A stretch of 46,450 nucleotides of DNA from Paludibacteraceae bacterium (GTDB taxonomy: Bacteria > Bacteroidota > Bacteroidia > Bacteroidales > Paludibacteraceae). A model generated the notes under the pieces. It was not told the origin of the DNA. It made no database searches and saw only the letters and a list, made by a program, of their open reading frames with translations. Every line of letters begins with the position of its first letter. Within the stretch, counting starts at the first letter, position 1. The translations under genes were made by a program, and so were the position numbers. Below are positions 36,898 through 44,090 of this stretch, piece after piece. The stretch spans positions 1 through 46,450 of the forward strand of contig JAKSNN010000001.1 in assembly GCA_024399755.1 (NCBI GenBank). The letters run 5' to 3'.

Positions 36898-39207
36898 TTA
36901 AATCTTCTCTAATTTGGCAAAGGTGAGCAGTAGTGTCTTATTGCCTACCTTGTCGAAACGAATCTCAATCTTGTCGTTGCCGTTGCTCTCGTCGTGCCAC
37001 ACGCGTAATATGGTTCCTTCGCCAAATACTTTATGCCTAACGCGCTCATTTGCTGCGAATTGCGAATCTGTAGGCATCTCTGTTGAAGCGTTTCTAACGG
37101 GATTGGCTTTGGCTTGTTCGGCTTGGATATGCGATTGTGTGAGGGTGTCGAGAGGTGTGAAACGGGGCATGCGGGGAGGCGCAGCAAAACCCCATTGTTG
37201 AGAGGGTGCGGAGCGGAAACTCGGCTGCGAAGAAGCCTCGTATTGCTTGATATATTGGCGGTCGAGGTCGTTCAGGAAACGCGACGGGGAGGAGAAATCC
37301 AAACTGCCGTTCTTGAATCTGGACTTCGCAAAACTGATGTAGCAACGTACCATGGCGCGTGTGATGGCGACATAGAGCAGACGTCGTTCTTCCTCAATCT
37401 CTGTGGGACGAACGCAATACTGCGAGGGAAACAGGTTCTCTTCCATGCCTGCGATGAAAACGCTCTCAAATTCCAGTCCTTTGGCTGCATGTACGGTCAT
37501 TAGTGTAACGCGCTCGGTATGGTCTTCCGTGTGCTCGTCTTGGTCGGTCAGCAGCGATACCTCGGATAGAAAATCCGTAATCGGCGTGAAACTGACGCCC
37601 TCTTGCATTCTGCCATCTACAAACTCGTGTATGGCGGATAACAGTTCGTCAAGGTTCTCTTTTCGGTCGATGCCTTCTTGCGATTGGTCAAGGAAGGCTG
37701 CGGTCATGATGCCGGATTCCCTCAGTACGCGTTCTGCAAATTCGTAGGCGTCGGTTGTGTCGATAGCCTCTTGGAAATGTTGTATGATAGTCGCAAAATT
37801 GCGCAGTTTGGTGAGGGTGGAAGCGTTTACGGTGAGGGCATTCTCATCAGGTTGGTTGATTACTTCCATCATGCTTATGCCGTGGGTGGTAGCGCATTCC
37901 GATACTTTCTTGAGTGTCGTGTCGCCGATGCCGCGTGCAGGGAAATTGATGACGCGCATCAGGGCTTCCGTATCTTTCGGGTTGGCTGCCAAGCGGAAAT
38001 ACGAGATAGCGTCTTTGATTTCTTTGCGTTGATAGAAACTGGTGCCGCCGTAGATGCGGTAGGGGATATTTCGGCTCCGCAGTTCGTTTTCCAATACGCG
38101 CGATTGGGCATTGGTGCGGTAGAGTACGGCAATCTCGTTGTAGCCGGTCTTGCGCAGGCGGTGTTCCTCGCTGATGAGTGAGGCTATGCCTTCTGCCTCG
38201 GCTCTGTCGGAGGCGTAGGCGCGAAGCGAAAGGGTATCGCCCACCTCTTTCTCGGAATATACGTCTTTGTGAATCTGGTTTTCGTTGTGGCGGATTAGCG
38301 AATTGGCTGCATTCACAATCGTTTGTGTTGAGCGGTAGTTGCGCTCCAGTTTGAATAGTCGGGCGTTGTGGTACTCGCGTTGGAAATGCAGGATATTGCG
38401 TATGTCTGCTCCGCGGAACGAATAGATAGATTGTGCATCGTCGCCCACTACGCAGATATGGTTTTGCGGCTCGGCAAGGCGTTTCACGAGACAATACTGC
38501 ACGTAGTTGGTGTCCTGGTACTCATCTACGAGTACGTATTGGAAGAGGTCTTGGTAGTAGGCAGCCGCTTCTGCGTTGTCTCTAAGTAGCCGGCAGGTAT
38601 TCAGTAGCAGGTCGTCAAAATCCATCGCATTGGCTGCCTGCAACCGTAGTTCGTAGCGTCGATATACTTCCGCCATGTCGTACATTCTGTCGAATCGGTC
38701 ACGTTTTTGCAGGTCGTTGTTGGCGGCGTAGTCGGAGGGTGACATAAAGGCGTTTTTGGCTGCGGAAATTTTTGAGAGCACGTTGCCGAGTTTGTATATC
38801 TTTTCGTCCAGTTGCATCTCTTTCAGTATCTGTTTGGCAGCGGCTTTCGAATCGGAAGTGTCGTAGATGGAGAAATCGCGTGTGAAGCCTAAATGTTCGG
38901 CTTCGTGGCGGAGGATACGGGCGCAGATGGAGTGAAAAGTGCCCATCCAGAGGTATCGGGCTGTTTCCTCACCGACGAGTTTGCCGATGCGTTCTTTCAT
39001 TTCGCGTGCGGCTTTGTTGGTAAAGGTGAGGGCGAGGATATGATTAGCGGGGATACCTTGTTGCAGAAGCCATGCAATCTTAAAGGTCAGTACGCGGGTT
39101 TTCCCCGAACCGGCACCGGCAATCACGAGTTGTGGACCGTCGTTGTAAGTGACGGCATCGCGTTGTGAGGGATTGAGAAGGTCTAATAAAGTAGGCATAG
39201 TCTGCAT
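36898..39207 (-). CDS. UvrD/PcrA-type ATP-dependent DNA helicase
   Basis: Walker A AGAGSGKTRVLT, motif II LVDEYQDTN and a C-terminal Tudor-like tail. The ORF-track start at 39222 is TTG inside the -7 box, so the ATG at 39207 (or 39198) is preferred. Confidence 0.9.
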   Translation of the reverse strand: MQTMPTLLDLLNPSQRDAVTYNDGPQLVIAGAGSGKTRVLTFKIAWLLQQGIPANHILALTFTNKAAREMKERIGKLVGEETARYLWMGTFHSICARILRHEAEHLGFTRDFSIYDTSDSKAAAKQILKEMQLDEKIYKLGNVLSKISAAKNAFMSPSDYAANNDLQKRDRFDRMYDMAEVYRRYELRLQAANAMDFDDLLLNTCRLLRDNAEAAAYYQDLFQYVLVDEYQDTNYVQYCLVKRLAEPQNHICVVGDDAQSIYSFRGADIRNILHFQREYHNARLFKLERNYRSTQTIVNAANSLIRHNENQIHKDVYSEKEVGDTLSLRAYASDRAEAEGIASLISEEHRLRKTGYNEIAVLYRTNAQSRVLENELRSRNIPYRIYGGTSFYQRKEIKDAISYFRLAANPKDTEALMRVINFPARGIGDTTLKKVSECATTHGISMMEVINQPDENALTVNASTLTKLRNFATIIQHFQEAIDTTDAYEFAERVLRESGIMTAAFLDQSQEGIDRKENLDELLSAIHEFVDGRMQEGVSFTPITDFLSEVSLLTDQDEHTEDHTERVTLMTVHAAKGLEFESVFIAGMEENLFPSQYCVRPTEIEEERRLLYVAITRAMVRCYISFAKSRFKNGSLDFSSPSRFLNDLDRQYIKQYEASSQPSFRSAPSQQWGFAAPPRMPRFTPLDTLTQSHIQAEQAKANPVRNASTEMPTDSQFAANERVRHKVFGEGTILRVWHDESNGNDKIEIRFDKVGNKTLLLTFAKLEKI

Positions 39208-39219
39208 AGATTCGGAGTG

Positions 39220-39251
39220 CAAAAGTACTGCTTTTTTCTCGAATATGCAAA
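39220..39251 (-). promoter_or_regulatory. Bacteroidota-type promoter for the helicase
   Basis: The plus strand has CAAAAGTA at 39220-39227 and CAAA at 39248-39251 with a 20-nt spacer. Confidence 0.65.
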
Positions 39252-39310
39252 TTACAACCCATAAATTACAAATTACAAATCACAAATTACAAATCAACAA
39301 CACAAATTAA
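39248..39310. repeat. About 9 x 7-bp tandem repeat CAAAT(T/C)A between divergent promoters
   Basis: Units begin at 39248 every 7 nt. It is the reverse-complement family of the 27079-27127 repeat. Confidence 0.85.
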
Positions 39311-39320
39311 ACATTTTCTC

Positions 39321-39351
39321 TTGTGCATTTGGAAAAATTGCTGTACCTTTG
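39321..39351 (+). promoter_or_regulatory. Bacteroidota-type promoter for the GT2 gene
   Basis: TTG (39321-39323), 20 nt, TACCTTTG (39344-39351). Confidence 0.65.
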
Positions 39352-39393
39352 TAGTCCAAATGGTGAGTGTCATTTCCAAAATATCAAACCAGC

Positions 39394-40212
39394 ATGCTTA
39401 ATGTCTCAATCGTCCTTTATCGTTCGGATATGGCGCAGGTGAATGCTCTGTGTCAGACGTTATTGCAGGCGGCTTCGGTGCGTTCTATTTACCTGATTGA
39501 CAATTCTCCGGTTGCGGCAACAGGCTTCCCTTCTGACTCGCGTGTGGTGTATCGTTGGAACGGGGGCAACAACCTCGGTTATGGCAGAGCCAATAATATC
39601 GCCATTCGTGAGAGTATCTACGATAAGGTGCCTTTTCATTTGGTTATCAATTCGGATATTGAGGTATCTGCGTCCGACTTGGATTATTTGCACGGATTTA
39701 TGCAGCATAACCCGAAGGTGGGCAGTTTGATGCCGCGGGTGGTAGGTGCGGATGGTCATTTGCAATATCTTTGCAAACTCTTGCCTACGCCGTGGGACGT
39801 GTTTGCCCGCCGTTTCTTGCCAAGAAGGTGGACGGAGCGTCGTAATGCGCATTATGAGTTACGGGCATCGGGGTATGATAAGATGATGAATGTGCCGTAT
39901 TTGAGCGGTTGTTTTATGTTGCTTCGTACGGAGGCTGTGTTGCAGGCGAGGTTGTTTGATGAGCGTTATTTCATGTATCCGGAGGATATTGACCTGACTC
40001 GCACGTTGCATCGTGACTGGTTGACGCTTTATGTGCCGGATGTGACGATAGTGCATCGTCATGCGCAAGCCTCGTATCATAGTTGTCGGATGCTTTGGGT
40101 ACATATAGTCAATATGTGCCGGTATTTCAATAAGTGGGGTTGGTTCTTTGATTCCGAGCGCACACTCATGAATCAACTCGCAAATTTACAGATAGAATAT
40201 CGAACCAACTAA
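39394..40212 (+). CDS. Family 2 glycosyltransferase (rhamnosyltransferase-like)
   Basis: MLNVSIVLYRSD..., IYLIDNSP and YPEDIDL. The ATG at 39394 is preferred over the GTG at 39367. The stop codon lies inside the first bases of repeat module B. Confidence 0.8.
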   Translation: MLNVSIVLYRSDMAQVNALCQTLLQAASVRSIYLIDNSPVAATGFPSDSRVVYRWNGGNNLGYGRANNIAIRESIYDKVPFHLVINSDIEVSASDLDYLHGFMQHNPKVGSLMPRVVGADGHLQYLCKLLPTPWDVFARRFLPRRWTERRNAHYELRASGYDKMMNVPYLSGCFMLLRTEAVLQARLFDERYFMYPEDIDLTRTLHRDWLTLYVPDVTIVHRHAQASYHSCRMLWVHIVNMCRYFNKWGWFFDSERTLMNQLANLQIEYRTN

Positions 40213-40329
40213 CGGAGCACTAACGGAGCACTAACGGAGCACCAACGGAGCACTCCGATACTTGACCGATACTTTGCCGATACTTGACTGACACTTTTTC
40301 GAAATGTTTTTTGCATCTTTTGCATCATT
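40203..40329 (+). promoter_or_regulatory. Upstream repeat module, copy B (4 x AACGGAGCAC(T/C) + 3 x CCGATACTTnn + TTGCATC motifs)
   Basis: 11-bp units at 40211-40254 and 40255-40287. It carries a 9-nt insertion (40286-40294) and a TTTTGCATC duplication relative to copy A. The module end lies 67 nt upstream of the -7 box. Confidence 0.75.
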
Positions 40330-40372
40330 TTGATTATATTTTTGCAAAAAAATGCTTAGAGTATCACAAATA

Positions 40373-40404
40373 TTTGCGTATATCAAATTTTTGTAGTACA
40401 TTTG
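40373..40404 (+). promoter_or_regulatory. Bacteroidota-type promoter for the lipoprotein cluster
   Basis: TTTG (40373-40376), 20 nt, TACATTTG (40397-40404). Confidence 0.6.
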
Positions 40405-40494
40405 CAGCGAAATTGGAGAATGTAGTGTTGTGGAAACCAAAAAATCCCCCCGGTTCTATAGTTCTCTGTTATTATAGATAATTTGTCAACGAAT

Positions 40495-40833
40495 AAAAAA
40501 CATTTATTTAATTATGAAAAAATTCTTTTTGGCACTGATGGCTGTAGCCGCCATCGCAATCGCAGGATGTAACAAGTCGATAAACGACCCGGAACCTCCA
40601 GAAAATAAGGAAGAAGTGCGAGGAATTTATCCCCCTTCTGAAGATTCTACGGTCGTTATAGTTAATGATGAAGTTCCTGATGACGGGAAGTAATCGTGCC
40701 CTTGTGGCTAAGAAATAACAAAGTTAAACAATAATCAAAAAAACATTTATTTAATTATGAAAAAATTCTTTTTGGCACTGATGGCTGTAGCCGCCATCGC
40801 AATCGCAGGATGTAACAAGTCGATAAACGACCC
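40495..40833 (+). repeat. Tandem duplication: identical 96-nt blocks at 40495-40590 and 40738-40833 (243-bp offset)
   Basis: Each block is 19 nt of leader plus 77 nt encoding MKKFFLALMAVAAIAIAGCNKSINDP. The sequences are unrelated after the block. Confidence 0.9.
40514..40693 (+). CDS. Small acidic Pro-rich lipoprotein (59 aa), copy 1
   Basis: Not in the ORF track (<60 aa). ATG 40514 to TAA 40691-40693: MKKFFLALMAVAAIAIAGCNKSINDPEPPENKEEVRGIYPPSEDSTVVIVNDEVPDDGK. Lipobox IAGC. Confidence 0.6.
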   Translation: MKKFFLALMAVAAIAIAGCNKSINDPEPPENKEEVRGIYPPSEDSTVVIVNDEVPDDGK

Positions 40834-40972
40834 TGTAGTAATTGACGACCTTGGAGCACCTGATAATATTATACCTCCTACGGATACCGATGGTGCAAAT
40901 CAGAATAGATGGGGTCTCGCTCCAGAGAGAATTCCTCTGCCAGTTACCTATACTGAAAACGACGAAGAATAA
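40757..40972 (+). CDS. Small acidic Pro-rich lipoprotein (71 aa), copy 2
   Basis: Same signal peptide and first 7 mature residues as copy 1, then the unrelated tail ...VVIDDLGAPDNIIPPTDTDGANQNRWGLAPERIPLPVTYTENDEE. Confidence 0.65.
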   Translation: MKKFFLALMAVAAIAIAGCNKSINDPVVIDDLGAPDNIIPPTDTDGANQNRWGLAPERIPLPVTYTENDEE

Positions 40973-40996
40973 TTTGCAAAAATTATGCGAAATAAC

Positions 40997-41022
40997 AAAA
41001 ATCGTCCTTCGGGGCGATTTTT
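40997..41022 (+). terminator. Rho-independent terminator/attenuator hairpin with a TTCG loop
   Basis: AAAAATCGTCC-TTCG-GGGCGATTTTT. The T-tract ends 11 nt before the next ATG (41034). Confidence 0.7.
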
Positions 41023-41033
41023 GTCTATTTGGT

Positions 41034-41981
41034 ATGAAGCGTGGGTGTTGGATATATCTGCTTTTCCTGTTCGTTGGAGTCAGTTGTGAGTCGCGAGTGA
41101 TTCCAATGCAACAAACTGCGACACGTCAGATTGTGATGTTTTCTGCCGTCAACGGACTGGGAGACCACGGCTATGTTGATTTGATTCTTTTTGGGGCGGA
41201 ACATGTCTATCTGAATTTGCCGAAGGATGTGCGTATGCTGTATTGCAACCCTACCACTTTTGAGGAAGCCGAACAGGCGGCGGATTACTATTCGCACGAA
41301 GGAGCAGCAGCATACGACAGCACGTTGATTGTTTTGGCAGGGTCGGATTATAAGCCCCTCGCAGAGAAATATATCCATGATTCCACGCTTAACCCAAATG
41401 TGGATATCCTTGTTTTTGAGGTGGACGAACTGCCGCAGGGCTATAACTCTGACCATGTAGCGGCGTTCTCCGTAGATATGTATTGGGGCAGTTACAATGC
41501 CGGTGTGAGTGTGGCTCAAATGGGTTTCCAAGCCCCGTTGATTTGGTTGGCTCGTGATGATGATTACATCTTGCAACTGGCTCGGGACGGCTTCTCTGAC
41601 GGCTATTATTCGATAACAAATGTGCACCCTGACACGGCGATGCTCAGTAACGACTGGCACGGCTACGGTATGCCCGACGTTACCTACCGGCAAATGGAGG
41701 AGAAAAGCAAGAAATATGATTTCATTTATCCCGTCATGGGCGGTTCTAATATGGGTATTTATCGCTATTTGCGTGAGCATTCGGATGGACCTAAAGTGGC
41801 AGGAATGGATGTGGATCAAAGCCAATATGCCTCTAATGTGATTGGCAGTTTGGTCAAACACATGGACCTGTTGGTAGAGAAGTATCTGAATAATTGGCTA
41901 AACCATATACCTTGGCAACGATATGAGAAAATCGAGGCGAATAGCGGTTATATTGAGTGGGTGCTTACTGGTGCTGAGTAG
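41034..41981 (+). CDS. BMP-family (PnrA/Med-like, type-1 binding fold) probable lipoprotein
   Basis: MKRGCWIYLLFLFVGVSC..., with the BMP-like motifs VNGLGDHGYVD and AGMDVDQSQ. The ATG at 41034 is preferred because the ORF-track N-terminus overlaps the small gene and the terminator. Confidence 0.6.
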   Translation: MKRGCWIYLLFLFVGVSCESRVIPMQQTATRQIVMFSAVNGLGDHGYVDLILFGAEHVYLNLPKDVRMLYCNPTTFEEAEQAADYYSHEGAAAYDSTLIVLAGSDYKPLAEKYIHDSTLNPNVDILVFEVDELPQGYNSDHVAAFSVDMYWGSYNAGVSVAQMGFQAPLIWLARDDDYILQLARDGFSDGYYSITNVHPDTAMLSNDWHGYGMPDVTYRQMEEKSKKYDFIYPVMGGSNMGIYRYLREHSDGPKVAGMDVDQSQYASNVIGSLVKHMDLLVEKYLNNWLNHIPWQRYEKIEANSGYIEWVLTGAE

Positions 41982-44046
41982 TTGGCTCCTGACATCATGC
42001 GAACGCGAGGAGCATTATTGTTCTGTTAGTGACCTCAGCGTGCGTAAGGTGGCTGTAGTCTTACCCTTTGAAAACGGTTTGCGTGAGCAATGGGAACAGT
42101 GCCTGAACCTCTGCAATGCCAATTTGCAGACGGCTTTTTGTTATGCCGGTATGGGGGTGAAATTGCAGTTTGAGTGGTATGACGAATCGACAGAGGACTT
42201 ATCTGCTTTAGGACAAAAACTCTTGGCGCGCAAGGATATAGTGGCTGTGATTGGAGGTCACCACTCGTCGTCAGCGATGCAGTTGGCATCGGTGTTGTGC
42301 AAAGGGGGAAAAAACCTTTTTACTTTGGGGACAGCCGGGCAATTGACGCGGGCATATTCGGCAACAGGCAATCTATGGGTAATGACCGAAACGGATGTTA
42401 CCGAGTGTGAGGTGCTGCTTAGTAAAGCCATACAATATGGAGCCAAATCAGTTGCATTGTTGGTCAACGGCGCAGATGTGTACGGTCAAACTTTCTTGGA
42501 CTGGTACGCGTTCCAAGCGACAGAGTTAGGACTGCAAAACAAGGGTACCTATTCCTATGACGGTAGTGAGGCACAGATTGCGCAGCAGACCAAAGCGGCT
42601 TTAGCGTCTGGCGCAGACTTTGTGTTGTGTGCTTCCAGTTCGGTGGAGGAACTGAAAACGGTGCTGAGTACGAAGCAATCCACACTGCATAACAACCGTA
42701 TGCTAATGGCAGAATCGGGGTTTGCGGGTAATGCTATCAGCGAGTTAGGTTCGTTGATGGAGGGTGTTGAGGGAGTGTGTTATGGTGCCGATCCTGAATC
42801 GGGATTTGATATAGCCTATCAGGCACGGTTCAATCGTTTGCCCTGCTTGGGCGAAGCGCAAGTATATGATGCAGCCATGCTGATTGCCTTTGCTTCGTAT
42901 GTGCAGATGCTCAATGAAGACCTCACATTCAAAAATGCCATGCGTCAATTGGTAGATGGTCGCGAACAGGGCAAGAGCAGTTGGCGGAGCGAAGACATGG
43001 TTTGGCTTGCGTCTATGCTGGCGAAAGGTGCGCATCCGGATATTAGTGGCGCTTCCGGTTCGTTGGACTTTGACGCAAGGGCTTATACCAACGTTCTGCA
43101 CTCGGTCTATTATAACTACTTGGTCTATCAACAAAAGTACATCTTTTTGGACTACAATACCACGGACGGCTCACGCCGAACCGACCCTACATTGGCATCA
43201 TGGAACTGGAAAAAGTCGCAAAAGCAGGATATCTCGTATGAGGGAGAGGAGCGTGTCTATCCTCCTTTGGATAAACGTTGGGCGTTGCTGGTAGCAGCCT
43301 CAAAGGGGTGGGAAAATTATCGCCATCAGGTAGATGTGCTTAATATCTACCAGATTCTCAAGAAACACGGTTATGACGATGACCATATCGTTGTTATCAT
43401 GGAGGATGACTTGGCGAAGAATGCGAATAATCCTGAACAGGGTGTTTTGTACTCGCGAATGGATGGCGTTAATGTCTATCAGAATGTGCAGGTGGATTAT
43501 CACCCCTCCCAATTGACCCCAAAAGATATTCCTGAGATTCTGTTAGGACATGCTTCGGAACGTTTACCGCATGTGTTGCGTTCGGATTCGGATGATAATG
43601 TATTCTTTTTCTGGTCGGGTCATGGTTCACCGGGTAAGATGTGCTGGCTCGATACATGGGAGGGAATTAAAAAAGACGATTTGGAAAAATGCCTCGCTAA
43701 ATTAGAGCAATCGGGGAATTACCGCAAACTGATTGGTTGCTTCGAGACATGCTATTCCGGCGGAGTAGCGGAAGCGGCAGATAACCATAATGGCATGCTG
43801 TTCTTCACGGCAGCCAATGCCAATGAGACATCTAAAGCGGACGAGTATAATTACAACTGGGATGTATGGATGAGTAATCGTTTTACCGCCACCTTGCAGG
43901 ACTGTATGATCAATTCCCCTACGCAGACGTTTGGCGAACTGTATAACCAATTATTTCTATCTACTGTTGCCTCGCACGTGTGTGTATTTGGTCATAAGGG
44001 GTTTGGCAGCCTGTACGAATCTAATCTGGGAGAAATTCTTAAATAG
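41923..44046 (+). CDS. Lipoprotein fusion: type-1 periplasmic binding domain + peptidase C13 (legumain-like)
   Basis: Signal/lipobox ...WLLTSC. The N-terminal half is LivK/ANF-receptor-like (VAVVLPFENG, IVAVIGGHHSSSAMQ). The C-terminal half has GWENYRHQ, a catalytic-type His in WSGHGSPG (43621-43623) and a Cys in FETCYSGG (43750-43752). Confidence 0.8.
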   Translation: MRKSRRIAVILSGCLLVLSSWLLTSCEREEHYCSVSDLSVRKVAVVLPFENGLREQWEQCLNLCNANLQTAFCYAGMGVKLQFEWYDESTEDLSALGQKLLARKDIVAVIGGHHSSSAMQLASVLCKGGKNLFTLGTAGQLTRAYSATGNLWVMTETDVTECEVLLSKAIQYGAKSVALLVNGADVYGQTFLDWYAFQATELGLQNKGTYSYDGSEAQIAQQTKAALASGADFVLCASSSVEELKTVLSTKQSTLHNNRMLMAESGFAGNAISELGSLMEGVEGVCYGADPESGFDIAYQARFNRLPCLGEAQVYDAAMLIAFASYVQMLNEDLTFKNAMRQLVDGREQGKSSWRSEDMVWLASMLAKGAHPDISGASGSLDFDARAYTNVLHSVYYNYLVYQQKYIFLDYNTTDGSRRTDPTLASWNWKKSQKQDISYEGEERVYPPLDKRWALLVAASKGWENYRHQVDVLNIYQILKKHGYDDDHIVVIMEDDLAKNANNPEQGVLYSRMDGVNVYQNVQVDYHPSQLTPKDIPEILLGHASERLPHVLRSDSDDNVFFFWSGHGSPGKMCWLDTWEGIKKDDLEKCLAKLEQSGNYRKLIGCFETCYSGGVAEAADNHNGMLFFTAANANETSKADEYNYNWDVWMSNRFTATLQDCMINSPTQTFGELYNQLFLSTVASHVCVFGHKGFGSLYESNLGEILK

Positions 44047-44090
44047 TTTCGATGCAAGTTCCATACACCATTAGAAAGGTGATATACAAG

